64,000 bases of DNA from Octopus sinensis (GCF_006345805.1 NC_043009.1:34906001-34970000), one strand, 5' to 3'; counted from the stretch's first letter, positions 12,170 to 24,230 are shown. Notes: generated by a model from the sequence alone, not told the origin. Translations and numbers: made by a program.

Positions 12170-13590
12170 TTATTACTGAGATCATCCTCTAACATGTGGC
12201 AGTTGGTGAAGAATGGAGTTTGATGTAGCTACCCTCATTTGCACCTCTTGCTGTGAAGCAGGTTCATCTGAGACTCTTGACAGGAAGTGGTCCAGCCTTG
12301 ATTTGAAAAAGCCTACATCCACTTTGTGCAGGTTCCTCAGGCTCTTTAGGAGAATAGTAAAATGCTGTGGGCCCTGAAATCCAGGCTGTTCCAGTAACTG
12401 ATCTTGAAGCACGATGGCATTGCTAGGATCTTTGGCACTGTGCAGTGTTGACCTGTTCTGGCATTGTTGTAGCTTTCAATGCCAAAATTTGGCACAATTC
12501 CTTTCAGGATCTTCCAGATGTATATTACTGCATACCTCTCCCGTCTTCACTCCAGGGAGTAGAGTCTTAGCTGTTTTAGCCTTTCCCAGTAGCTGAGCTC
12601 TTGCAAAGAGACAACCTTCTTTGTGAAGCTTCGCTTGATTGCTTCAAGGTCTGCTATTAATTTTACACTATTGGGTAATCATAGCTGGGAGCAGCAATCC
12701 AGGCAGCTGAGGACGAATATCCAGAGGACCATCATGGTTTCCTTTTCTCTGATTCTGAATGTTCTCAGGATCCATCCAGCCAGTCTCCACTTTGTCGCCA
12801 TCCTGGTAATGTGCACTTGGAAAGAGGTATCATCATACATGTCGATATCCAGGTCCCTCACTGATTTAGGCTCTGGGATTGTAATTCCCTGTGGACCAGT
12901 GTACCCTGTAAGTTTCATATTCAGTTTTAGGCGCTGGTAGCACAGGGCTTCGTATTTTTGAGCATTAAACTGCATATTATTATCCTCAGTCCATCTGTAA
13001 ATTGAGTCCAACTCCTGCTGCAGATGTGCAACATCACTGGGGTTCTGTATTTTCTATGAGACTTTCGTATCGTCTGCGTTGCTAGCAAGGGTAGCTATCC
13101 AGGCAGTTGAGGGCATATCTGAGAGAGCCACTATGAAAAGCAGTGCCCTGTGGAACACTGCTCACAATGTGTTTTCATTGATGTGGCTCCATTGGCCACT
13201 ACGGCCTGACTTTCAGAAAGTCATGTAACCACTCTCCAAGTTTTCCAGCTATACCGAGATCATGCAGTTTGTAGCATATCTTATCTTGATCCACTTTATC
13301 AAAAGCTTTTGCAAAATCAAGGTATATTACGTTTACCTTTGAGTTGTTGAGTAACTGCCTCAGCACTCAGTCATAATGTTGTAAGAGCTGGACCAGGCAG
13401 CCCCTATCTGGTCGAAAGCCTTGCTGGGTATTCTTCAAGGAATGCGATTAGTTTTTAGCATCTGCTCTGCTTCCCCTTTTATGGATTGGGCATATTATTC
13501 CCTCCTCCAGCTTGCTTGGCAGCCTGCCATTTGCAAGAAAGCTCTGGAATCTGGAGAAGTTTTGCCTGGGCACGCTTGTATAACCTACCA
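12170..13590 (-). mobile_element. CR1-like LINE, degenerate RT to 3' end
   Basis: EGIICPIHKRG; WTEDNNMQFN; GWILRTF. Related to 37461-38490. Confidence 0.8.
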
Positions 13591-13593
13591 CAG

Positions 13594-14040
13594 CTACCAT
13601 GGGATGGAGTATGCGCAGTCTTTGGTCATATTCTCTTCTATTTGTGGTTTTACTTGAAGAAGATATTTGCAAAGTGTTGTATTATTCTTGAATACTGTCC
13701 TGATGTCATATGGGCTGCATATCTTTTGTATCTTTGCAGGTGGTAGGTTATACAAAGGCAAAACATGTTGTCCCCTGAAAATAAGGGTAGATGAATATTG
13801 CAAAGCTGTGACACGAGGAGATATAGATAAATTGGGTATAGCTGATCATGTATGGAAAAATGGAGACCACTTCCCCCTGTGGGATGAACTCAAAGTAATA
13901 GAGAACACCAGTGGAAAATATGAAAACTAAAAGAAGCAGCACATATGTTAGGACACAACAACCTCCTAAGCCGGCCATGTGCAGATATGAGTAGCATATG
14001 GGAACTGGTATAAAGGAAGGATAGGAAAATATTATACTTA
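13594..14040. mobile_element. Penelope-like GIY-YIG fragment with 5' inversion
   Basis: Minus piece: KIQKIC..IRTVFK..TL..KDCAYSIP. Plus piece: GRLYKGKT..LKIR..E..AV..G..K.GIADHVW..DH.PLWD. Confidence 0.75.
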
Positions 14041-14077
14041 TAAGCCCTAAAATTCACTCCATAATTGCCCACCAGCA

Positions 14078-14290
14078 TATGTTGTAGTGGTTAAGAGCAC
14101 GGGCTACTAACCCAAAGATTCTGAGTTCAATTCCAGGCAGTGACCTGAATAATAACATTGAAAAATACCTTTGGAATGAGAACCCAGGTTCAAAATTTCC
14201 CCCAGACACCTGATAAAGGCTGGAAGGTATATCAACAAACAAGATAAGGACAAATATCCGTCAAGTGTAAATAACGTAAAGAAAGAAATA
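14078..14290 (+). mobile_element. tRNA-like-headed repeat directly 3' of the PLE endonuclease
   Basis: A-box-like TGTTGTAGTGG, stem-loop GGG-CTACTAA-CCC, B box GAGTTCAATTCC at 14123-14134. Confidence 0.55.
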
Positions 14291-15092
14291 GGAAAAAATA
14301 TTTGAAAATGGGGGTGGGGGTGAAATTTCCGAGGGTTCCACCCCGCCCCACCCTGTTTACATGTCAACGGAATTCAGTCAATGAAAAGAAAAACTTTCCA
14401 ATGATTCCGGGATATGGGGGTGGGCGGTGTCCGAATTCCACCCCCTCCCCACCACCACCACAACCTTTTTTCCGAACAAAATAAGTAGTTTGCAGCATAT
14501 TAGGAACACAGAGTACTTGATTACACGCAAAAAAATCCGAGTTTTTTTTTTCTCAGTGAAAATCGTACCGGTGAAAGGATCAAAAATTTACCTGTCTTTT
14601 CAGAAGGTTTATAAGTCAGAAGCTTTTTCTGACTTATAACCTTCCAACTTTATCCTTGTTTTATTTATTTATTTGGTACAACTTAAGTGCAGAGGTCTCT
14701 CTTAACGGTGCTACTTAAATATAGGTGTCACGTACAAAACATTTTAAACGTACGCTGTGTAGACGTGTAATGACAGCCTAACCTTAACCCAAATATCGTT
14801 ACGTAGATAGATCGTTCATATCGTTTCGTTGATACATCGGGACCTCTGCATATAAGTAGTGACATTTATTATTTTTATTAGTCTCCTTATTTTATTAATG
14901 TTTTTAACGACAGCTGGGCGTGATTTAAAAGACGATATAACTGTTGCTTGTAGCACATCGATCGCGTCTTGTTATTTACATCCTTATGAAATAGTTTGTT
15001 ATGCGTTTATCGTTTATAACATTTCGCCCCACATTAAAGGTTACAACACCACTTCGTATTAGAGGGAGACAGAAGAAAAGATACATACTAAC

Positions 15093-15162
15093 CTTGTTGT
15101 GTTGAGAACAATTCGGTGCCAAGAAAACAAACAACAAACAGAAACACTAACGTAGAAGCCAT
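15093..15162 (-). CDS. Gene A exon 1: signal peptide of a secreted DUF4773-like protein (MASTLVFLFVVCFLGTELFSTQQ+G)
   Basis: ATG at 15162-15160, hydrophobic core, phase-1 donor CAAG|GTTAGT identical to the gene B exon 1 donor. Splicing to exon 2 creates the V-S-A|N signal-peptidase motif. Confidence 0.85.
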
Positions 15163-15191
15163 AGTCGCTAAGCCTGCCTCGACCAGGATAT

Positions 15192-15220
15192 GTTACTGAC
15201 GGTGTAAGAGCAATTTTATG
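15192..15220 (-). promoter_or_regulatory. Gene A proximal promoter: CATAAAA (15220-15214) plus CGTCAGTAAC
   Basis: Same 10-mer, 30 nt upstream of the ATG (32 nt in gene B). Confidence 0.4.
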
Positions 15221-15364
15221 ACAACATTTTATTAGTTCCGGCAAGATAATTGCTATAGCAAATTTATAAACAAAGATAAGAAAGTTGATTTCAGATTTGA
15301 GTACATAGCAACACATCTCAGGGCGGGAGCTAGTCGATGCCATTGACTCCAGCAATTTGACTGA

Positions 15365-15385
15365 TAGTATGTGTATGTATGTATG

Positions 15386-15419
<34 letters not shown>

Positions 15420-15545
15420 TGTATGTATGTATGTATGTATGTGTGTGTGTGTGTATGTATGTATGTGTGTATGTATGTATGTATGTATGTATGTATGTAT
15501 GTATGTATGTATTGTATGTATGTATGTATGTATGTACCTACGTAC
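15365..15545. repeat. (TATG)n microsatellite upstream of gene A
   Basis: Read directly from the sequence. Confidence 0.95.
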
Positions 15546-16329
15546 GTACGTATGTTACGGCTGTCTTTCAATTCTCGTGTATCGAAACCATTCACAAGAT
15601 TTTGTTCGGCCGGGGCCAAAAAGACACTTCCCCCCAAAAAGTGGCTTGGTGGGACTGAACGCGATATCATATTGATGGGAAGCGATTTTTTTAACCACTC
15701 ATCCATGCCATACACTCTTCCTTTTTTCTTTTTTGTTTCATGCAGTGTGGGCATGCTAGGGTACTTACTATTTAGAAGGCTTTTAGTCGAACAAATCACA
15801 CACACACCTTCATATACATACTTGTGTGAATGTTTGTGGATGTCAATGTGTATCTGTGTGTAAGAACTTGGTTTAATTTCACAAGGTTCGGCTTTTACCC
15901 AGTAAATTCTTTGAACTCAAGTTAAAAAGGAAATCGATATTTTGTTGCTCGGCTTTTACCCGGTAAATTCTTTGAACTAAATCAAGTTAAAAAGGAAATA
16001 GATATTTTGTTGGAATATTATAACAAAAACAAAAGGCAAAGAAACAAACAAACAAACAAATAATTCTGTTGTTTCTGTTTAAATTGAAAATTTGGGGATC
16101 TGGTTTAATTTGTTCCAGTCACTTGAAGTTTTCCGATTTTCTCCAGATTATTTTCCCCAAAAATGTAGTGTTGATATAGATTTGTATGTTGATGCATATC
16201 TAGATAAAATGAAAACTCGTTTACATTTTTATTTGGAAATAAATGATAAATAGGTGCAGGATTGCTTCTCAGTCTTGTGGCTATGATCAAGGTCTAATAT
16301 CTATTCCCATCAGTTTAATAAATAGGTGC

Positions 16330-16690
16330 AAGCGTAACTGTGTGGTAAGAAGCTTGCTTCCCAACCAAATGGTTCCCAGTTCAGTTCCGCTCCATGGTAT
16401 CTTGTGAATGAATTTGGTAGATGGAAACTGAAAAACCCGTCGTATATATACATATCTGTGTGTGTGTTCGTGTCAGTGTTTACCCTCCACACACCGCTTG
16501 GAAATTGGCGTTGGTTTGTTTACATCTCCGTAACTTAAGCCGTTCGGCTAAGTGAGACAGAATAAGTACCTGGCTTAAAGAAAAAGAAAGAAGAGTACTG
16601 GGTCGATTCATTCGACTAACAGTTCTTCAAGGCGGTGCCCAGCAAGGTCATGTTCTAATGCCTGAAACAGGTAAAGGATAGAGATAAAAG
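16330..16690 (+). mobile_element. tRNA-derived SINE (family 1), diverged
   Basis: Similar to 40764-41155. Confidence 0.7.
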
Positions 16691-16820
16691 TCACAAGCAT
16701 TTAAAATTATGTAATTTTTAGCCTGTCAAAAGCACCCACTGTTCATATTCTCGTCTGTACTGAGCTCAATGGAAAGACATGATAATCTCCACGGCAATAC
16801 AAATACGCACAAAACAAACC

Positions 16821-17236
16821 GGATCTTTTCGGTTTGAACGGCAGTTTTTAACATAATTTCTAGGCAAATAAAAAATTTTAAACTTCGTATACAGGTAGAA
16901 TTTGTTTATAAAACATCTTTTTCTCTTGGCTTTATTGAGAAAATTCTATAGTTTGTAAGATATTTGTTGTTTTTTTTCTTCAATTTCTGCAATTTCAACC
17001 AATCACTGACGTCTAGTGAGGTAAAAAAAACATTCTGAGCTGTATGAATATGTCCTTCGTTTAAGAAACAGATTGGGTTTATTTACATTTGTGAAGAAAA
17101 AAAAGATACCCTCCCCCCACCCCTAACCCTAACACAGATTGAAATGCAATAGTTCGATACTAGGGTCATCATTATGGGTGACAATTTCATATGACACCGC
17201 TAGAAAAAAAACTGCCGTTCAAACTGAAAAAAATCC
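16821..17236. mobile_element. MITE with GGATC-starting TIRs and 8-bp TSD (Merlin-type)
   Basis: TIR ggatcttttcggtttgaacggcagttttt; TSD aacaaacc at 16813-16820 and 17237-17244. Confidence 0.85.
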
Positions 17237-17461
17237 AACAAACCTTTATGTAATATCTCGACCTGCTAGAAATACCTGCCAGATTTTCCTTGACGAAAAG
17301 CGAAAAAAAATGGTGGTAACCAATTCTTTCTCTCTCACCATATCAATCATGTTTCGCGAGTGGTGAGTTCGATAAAATATTACATCAGTGGAGATTAATT
17401 TTTATTCACTGTAGTTCTGATATAGTTTTGCATGCTGATGACAAAAATCGCTGTCATCTTT

Positions 17462-17894
17462 GGATCTTTTCGGTTTGACCGGCAGTTTTTTAAAGTAATT
17501 TCCACGTAACTAAACACTTTTAAACTTCGTATACTGGTAGAATGTGTTTATAAAACATCTTTTTCTCTTGGCTTTATCGAGAAAATTCTATGGTTTGTAA
17601 GATATTTGTTGCTTTTTTTTCTTCAATTTCTGCAATTTCAACCAATCACTGACGTCTAGTGAGGTAAAAAAACATTCTGTGATGTATGAATATGTCCCTC
17701 GTTTAAGAAACAGATTGGGTTTATTTACATTTCTGAAGAAAAAAGATACCCTTCCCCCCACTAACCCTAACCCTAATTCTAACCCTAACTCTTAAACAGA
17801 TTGAAATGCAATAGATCGATACTAGGGTCATAATTATGGGTGACAATTTCATATGACATAGCTAGAAAAACTGCCGTTCATACCGAAAAGATCC
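17462..17894. mobile_element. Second Merlin-type MITE copy
   Basis: Same TIRs; TSD tcatcttt at 17454-17461 and 17895-17902. Confidence 0.85.
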
Positions 17895-18968
17895 TCATCT
17901 TTTTTTTTCTTTTTCTTTTTCATATTCTAGAAATTATTAATAAAACAATCACAAGTGTTTAAAATTATGTAATTTTAACCAATCGAGCATTCGATTTCCG
18001 AATATACCGGAAGTTGTGATTGTCTGTCTCCTCATGGGAACATCAAGCATGAAACCTTTACACGGTCTCTCGAACTGCTAGAAATAGTAGCGAAATCTTC
18101 CTCAGTCCATACCATAACTTCTTAAAAAACAGAACAAAAGGGAAGACATTGTGCCACATCTAAATTAAATTTAGTCTTCACATATCTAATCTTTTATGGA
18201 ACTTACGATCGCGTTACAACGTTTGCTGGACCCCACAGATCGATTATTAAATGTACTGTTCCCTGTTCCCTTATAAAGAAAACGGTGGCGGTGGTGGTTG
18301 CGGAGAAAGGCTTGGTAACCAAAGTCATTACGACACTTGCGCAACAGTGACAATTCTGACAGATAATGGATGATGCAGCATGAAGTGTAGAGTTGATGAC
18401 GACGACTATTATGACGATGGTGGTGGTATTGATGATATTCTTTCTCCACCATCAAACATTGTAAAGCAATTTTAAGAAGAAAGTACATTTAAATATCGAT
18501 CTGGGCGCCCAGTAAGTGTTTTAAGAGTCTTAATGCGATAAAACTTCCATCCGTGGAGCTTGACTTTAATCTAAATGTAAAAAGATATCTAATAAAAAGT
18601 ATTGCCAAGATATGAAAGAATAAAATCTCAAATCTTGAAATGAAACTGAACAGTAGCATACATACAATAGAGAAATATCTAAAAAAAAAAGAAGCTTGTC
18701 AGAGTTCCTCATGGTCACAGCAGACAAAATGTAAAAGGCATTGGCCTCGGAGGATGACGAAGGAAATGCTCTGGAACAGCCACTCTGACTCAAGGGGTTT
18801 GCACTTGCGATTGGCCTTCTCCACCTCGATAGCGACGAGCAGGAATATTGTCCGAGACCGGAGAGCGCCGGGGTCTCTACCGCTTCAAAAGTTCGATCAT
18901 AAACCTATCAGAGAGCGGGCAATACCTTGTCAGATTACCCTTCTTGATCTGACGAACAGCGATACTTT

Positions 18969-19803
18969 TGTAATGGCAGAAATTGGTTGGTAAACAAATT
19001 TATGATATGTTGGAGTGAGCAGATGCAACGATAAAAATTTGTTGTTAGGATGGCAAGTTGTAAGATGAGGAAAATGAACAATGCATGAAGTTTTAAGAAA
19101 GTATTTATTTACCGCTACGTTACAAATACCTTGCCTCGATGAGCAGGTTTTGATACATCCAAAAGCATGCGAAGTAAAGTTAGATGCGGTAGAATATTTC
19201 TTTACGTAGTTTGACGTATACGAATAGTTAGTAGTAATCCACAGATAGCGATAGAATGTTGTTGTAGAAGAACAGAATTAGAGCTAGAGATAATTGTAGG
19301 GTGCTGACAGTAATTTTTATTTCTCTTGCTGACCATTAAATTTAGAAGAGGTACTCCTTGTGATCATGATTCTAGCAGTTCTTTCCTTAACTAATTGAGT
19401 CGTCTTGAGCTGCCTCGTTCAGTTGTCGACAAGTGACTAACTCCGTTGAGTCGTCACGACTGTGATGAACTGATTTTTGCTTGGGGTGTGATTGCTTATA
19501 TAACTATCCAGAAGGATAGATATATCATTGAGAACAATAGATTTAGTTGGTGGTCTTGTTATCTCTATTCTAGCTTTTGAAGTAGAAGAGGTTAGAAAGG
19601 GTCAAGTAGTGAAAACATTATTTCGGCCTAGCTAAAGGCATCTGGAAAATATAAAACTGCTGTCAGAGAAAAACCATTGTTCCACCGTAGGAACAGTTCT
19701 GTTGCAGTGTTAATTTAAATTTGGCTGTGGTGGATCGAATCCACTTCATGGTTGTTGAATAGACCAAGTTGCCATTGTGGAATCCTGCACGAGGGTCCTA
19801 TCA
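18969..19803 (+). mobile_element. LTR, second copy of the 28877-29619 family
   Basis: Starts TGTAATGG; reverse-complement similar to 28877-29619 along most of its length. 3' boundary approximate. Confidence 0.7.
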
Positions 19804-20762
19804 TAGCAGAATGAGAAAATTGTCATACCGTCAGGCTTGGTCTACCCCGCTGGCTCAAGCCGGGAAGGGACACCCGCGGAATCTTGGCCATACTTTATAA
19901 TCTCCTAAAGTGCAGCATGGCGTGAAAAGCGGTAAGAATCCACAGTGACATGTGTGAGTCTCACAGATCCGGATGTCGTGACTGTCTGCCCCACTCATAG
20001 AAACAGTACGGATGAAACCTTTATATGGTCTGTCGACCTGCTAGATAAAAATGCGGCCAAATCTCTCTCAGACTATCCCATAACGTCTAAAAAGCAAAAG
20101 GGAAGACTCGGATCTGGAGGCCGAGCCTCAGAGGAACATCAATGAGCAAACAAGCTGAGTGCCAGTCGCGAGTGGAAGCACTGCATTAAGAATTTGATTG
20201 GCATCTTCTCTCTTCACGAATCAGTGAATTCCTGTATTGCCTATGTGCATGTATGTTTATCTGTTATCGATGACTGTTTGTCTAAATCTTTCAGTGTCTG
20301 TAATGCACTTTCTATGTGAGCGTGTGTGCCAGTGAATGTCTGTGTATGCTAGGAATTTCTTATATTTGTTCTAAAGAGTTGTACGAATATGTGTAGGTAC
20401 AATTTACATATTTTATGTGTGGTTTTGTGCGTTGTCTTCGTTACTTTGTAATTCGTAGCGGCAACAACATTTTGCAATGCTTTGGTGAATAAAACAAAGT
20501 ATGGTCCAAGTGAGTGGGCTTACTTCTGAGTGGAGGAGAACTGCTAGGATGAGGGCGCTTGCCTTACTGGTCAGGATATCTGGGTATTTTTCTCTTTTTT
20601 TTTGTAGGTTTCCATGAGTACACCTCGGAGGTCTCTGATTTGGAAAACCTTTCTTTGAATTTGTTTTTGTTGTTTCTCTTGATTATACCTTCTTTTATAT
20701 CGAATGTCACTGTCCTCTATCTTTTTATCATTTCTTGTGGTTAAGAAACAAAACATTATTAT

Positions 20763-20965
20763 TATTCTGTTGTGTCTGGGGAGAGTCATTCTCTTTTAGT
20801 GCCTTATTATTTAACACACTCACCGGTCAAGACTATTGAAAAGGTTGCAACACGCAACGAAAATTTTAGAAAATAAAAATAAGAAATAAGTGGAAATTTT
20901 ACCGGTGAGTGTGTTAAATAATAAGGCACTAAAAGAGAATGACTCTCCCCAGACACAACAGAATA
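20763..20965. repeat. Perfect 65-bp inverted repeat with 73-nt spacer
   Basis: 20763-20827 is the exact reverse complement of 20901-20965. Confidence 0.9.
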
Positions 20966-21299
20966 TGCTTCAACACACGAACTCATAGAAAGAATCTTGC
21001 AAACCAAATCCAAAAACGAAATATTATTATTATTATTTCTTTATTAATAACAAAGCCTCGTGAGATACAATAAAATACAATGAGAATCGCCAAAAAAAAA
21101 AAAAAAAAATGGGCTGGCACAAATGCGTATGAGATAAATGCAAAAAGTTATATAAAAGATATAAAAGATGAAAGGACTGGTGAACGATTCATACAATTAT
21201 AATGGGAACAAAGTAAAAAAAGTATAAAAAGTATTCGGAATAAATGAAATAATTCAATAAAGTACACTCATTAAAAACAAAATTAACCAAATTCAGTTT

Positions 21300-21900
21300 T
21301 AAAAATTGCAACCATCTTTACGTAGTTCAGAAACCTCCACTTGCATTCATCAAGGACCTCCTAAAGAACATCTATTTTCTTCTTGTTCATAGCTGGAGAT
21401 TCCAAAATCTTCCACTGATAAGTGATTTACAGTGGGCAATGGAGAGCATATATTATGTATATAGCTGACATGTGTTACAAGGCGACATACAACATTTCGT
21501 AATGTTTGTCTGAAATGTGTAAATAATCTGTCCTTTTGTTTTTTTCCCGATTGTTTTTGTTTTGTCTTTTACTTCCATCACATTTATATTTCTCTGCCCC
21601 CAAAATAAGTGTTTGGGCGGAAGTATGACTAAATATGTCAGTCTGTGTTTTGGGTGGATTTCTGATCATGAAATATGTAGCAGACAATGTTAAGTTTTCG
21701 TTCAATTGAAGGAATATGTATCATTGAGTGTTCCTTCCAGTTACCGTTTCGTGAAGAGTTGGAGCGCTCCACCATACTTTCTAAAGTATAGATATGCTAT
21801 TTCTCTATTTGTCCTCATTTGAGTTGGATCCAGGGACAAAAGGAAATTGTTTACTTTTACAAAATTCTTCCAGCTCTCTTTCCCTTTTTTTTTTGTTCCT
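21300..21900 (-). mobile_element. Degraded L1/Tx1-like fragment (APE-to-RT linker)
   Basis: GTLNDTY..HCLLH..RLTYLVIL resembles the APE C-terminus. Many stops. Confidence 0.3.
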
Positions 21901-22349
21901 GTGATTTTGTCAAATCTAAACGCTCCGTCTGTACTGTCACGAACAATATAGATCAATTAACACTGCTGCATCATCCATTATCTGTCAGAATTGTCACTGT
22001 TGGGCAAGTGTCGTAATCGTTATCGTTCAAAATAGTTTCTTTCTCATTTAAATATTCATTTAAAAGTACTTCACTTCTACCTTCTGTTTAAAGTGTTCAT
22101 TCTGTGGCATTATCTCTTCTGTGCTGTCTTCGTCTTTTTATTTGTGTTGCGTTGCTGTATAATAATTTTCAGCTTTGGTTTTCTTTTTGAGAGGCGTGTG
22201 GCGTTTGTTTACCAGGAAGTTTGAAGCGAAAATGTGAAATCAAACAAAATATAAAGTTTCTAAAGGCAAACTTCTTTCTGCTCCAGTATTCCATAATACA
22301 AAAACAGAAATTTCGTTTGGAAATTGATCGTTGTGGTGTGTTCCAGTGT

Positions 22350-22355
22350 TTTATT
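22350..22355 (-). terminator. Candidate AATAAA polyadenylation signal of gene B
   Basis: AATAAA about 28 nt after the stop; another at about 22137-22142. Such hexamers are common in AT-rich DNA. Confidence 0.3.
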
Positions 22356-22382
22356 CACCTTGACAATATTTGCACCAACATT

Positions 22383-22621
22383 TCATTCAGAGACATCAGT
22401 GAATAATGCTCTTTTAAAAAGATGGTGACTGCTTTGACTCTCGGTGGACAGCGGTACAGTAAAGCATTTTAATTTAAAATCTTCATATGCATAAAAGTCT
22501 ATTCGAAACTTGACGCAGGCCGAAAACGAGTCAGCTTTGAAAACGATGTTGTAGAATACTAAACATATGTCCACTTTGGCTAAATAGGGCAATCCTTCGC
22601 ATAGAGCTGGTGGATTCCTCA
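22383..22621 (-). CDS. Gene B exon 4, terminal (MRNPPALCEGLPYLAKVDICLVFYNIVFKADSFSACVKFRIDFYAYEDFKLKCFTVPLSTESQSSHHLFKRALFTDVSE*)
   Basis: Acceptor ctctttgttAG, stop TGA at 22385-22383. The four exons total 570 nt = 189 aa + stop. Cys spacing and C-x-[LI]-x-Y-L-P...S-x-[RK]-NPP-x2-C match my recollection of DUF4773 (no HMM run). Confidence 0.92.
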
Positions 22622-22694
22622 CTAACAAAGAGAAAAACATAATAATAATAATAACAATAATAATAATAACAACAACAACAACACCACCACCACC

Positions 22695-22726
<32 letters not shown>

Positions 22727-23039
22727 CAATAATAATATTATTAATAATAATAATAATGATTTCTTTTATTGGCCACAAGGGCCCAAGCACGGAGGACAAT
22801 ATCGCAGTACAGGTTACAGTACACAAAGCAAAACAAAAACAAAAAATACAAAACCAAAAACAGGTGGGGTTTACATCGATCAAAAGGAGATACATTAAAG
22901 GATAAAACAGAAGATATATAATAGAAATTAGAGAAATGAATAATAAATAAATAAATTATTAGAATCTCCAATAGCGGGGTAGTCTACTTAGGGTAATCCG
23001 AGATAAACCCAACGCAAAAATCCCAGATTACTTTGCCAT

Positions 23040-24230
23040 CCCCAAGGCATGGAAAAATGCTTTCTTACACTTTTTTTCCACCTGCTTAGAAGAGCATACT
23101 CAGAGCCGATCCATTCAGTCTCACTAGCCTTGTCACTGTCAACCACCTTTTCATTAGCCCACTAGAAGGCAGCACTCCCTCTCTACCCCCACCTTCTCCT
23201 TCAAATGATATTTGAAGAAACTGATGAGGCCTCGACCAGATAGGAAAGTTCCTGTCTTCAAACCTTTCAGATGGGTCCATCACACAATCTATTTTGCCAC
23301 AACCACTAAGCAGAGAAAGACTTACCTTCCATCTCTGCTAAGGGAAGATGGTGCGTCGATCTTCACTATACAATCAGCAGACAGTTGAATTCGTCTACAC
23401 GCCGCAACAGCAGCTCCACATAATCCCACAACTCTCTAATGCACGAATACCGAATCACTGCATATAGAACGATTTCGTCCTCTCGAAGCATCTCGGGCAG
23501 GTTCGGCTGTTGTCTCTTCCTTGCCTGAAGAGCTTGTCTCGAACAGGCAATGAACCCCTGTAGCATAGCCATGCAAAAGACTTTTGAAAAGTGCCCATGA
23601 TCTTCGACCCGAAGGTCCTCCGGGAGAGACTACTCAGATTGTTCACGTCGAAGTCGAGATTCAGTCCTAGGCCATCAACACCAATACCCTGAACTAGTCC
23701 CCCATAGAAATCTTGGGTTGTTTTCCCTGCTAACAGTTTTATGCAACAAAGCAGTGAGCGCCTGGTAACATTCTAGTTGCCAGATGCCCAACCTTGGTCT
23801 ACGTTTGACCCATGACTGCAGTTCTGTCAATGAGATGAACTGCGGAAAGAATACTCACACCAGTTCACCCTTAATTTCGTCGCCGCCGTTCACATCATCG
23901 CAGTGATTTAGATATCTTTGTAGGTGCGACAGCCTCATTGTGTGACGCTGCATCATCAAGACCGCCACGATGTAGGTGTTTACAGCATATGGATTTTCTG
24001 ACCAGCGAAACCATACCCTTCTATAAGAATCGGAAAAGCAAGCACTCCAATCTGGTCAGAGTTTTCTTAGGACAAAGTACAATGGCAAGACGGTAGTACA
24101 CCAACGAGGTATTCACAATTTACGCCCGGCCTTTCAGAGACAGCTTTCTTTCTGCCCATTTCTGGGTGAGCTTGGCCACCATAGTCATGGCCTGTTCTCA
24201 ATTCCTATCTACCTGGAGATCTGGTTTGAA
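23040..24230 (-). mobile_element. Tx1/L1-like LINE C-terminal fragment (zf-RVT)
   Basis: FQKSFAWLCYRGSLPVRDKLFRQG..TCPRC..E.VLYA..C..LWDYVE; higher GC than the flanks. Confidence 0.75.

Noticed and set aside
14688-14850. 12-bp inverted repeat (tgcagaggtc) as a MITE
   Set aside because: It is short, has no clear TSD and no second copy in the window.
15059-15863. Long ORFs of MYVC/YIHT type (also 25257-26402, 28322-28812, 38749-39733, 47453-47795, 51068-51501)
   Set aside because: They are translations of stop-free (TACA)n, (TA)n and (CA)n microsatellites.
18640-18968. GC-rich segment as PLE, tyrosine recombinase or Tx1 coding
   Set aside because: I tried several frames and found no motif strong enough to assign.
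21475-21705. ORF containing IRNPPK as a third paralog's last exon
   Set aside because: There is no acceptor and no downstream cysteine pattern.
22622-22895. N-terminal half of ORF 22383-22895 (poly-I/V/G)
   Set aside because: It is intronic microsatellite read-through. The real exon starts at the AG acceptor at 22622-22623.
23221-23255. CTGATGAGGCC..GAAA hammerhead-like string
   Set aside because: Stem II is not complementary, and it lies in Tx1 coding sequence.
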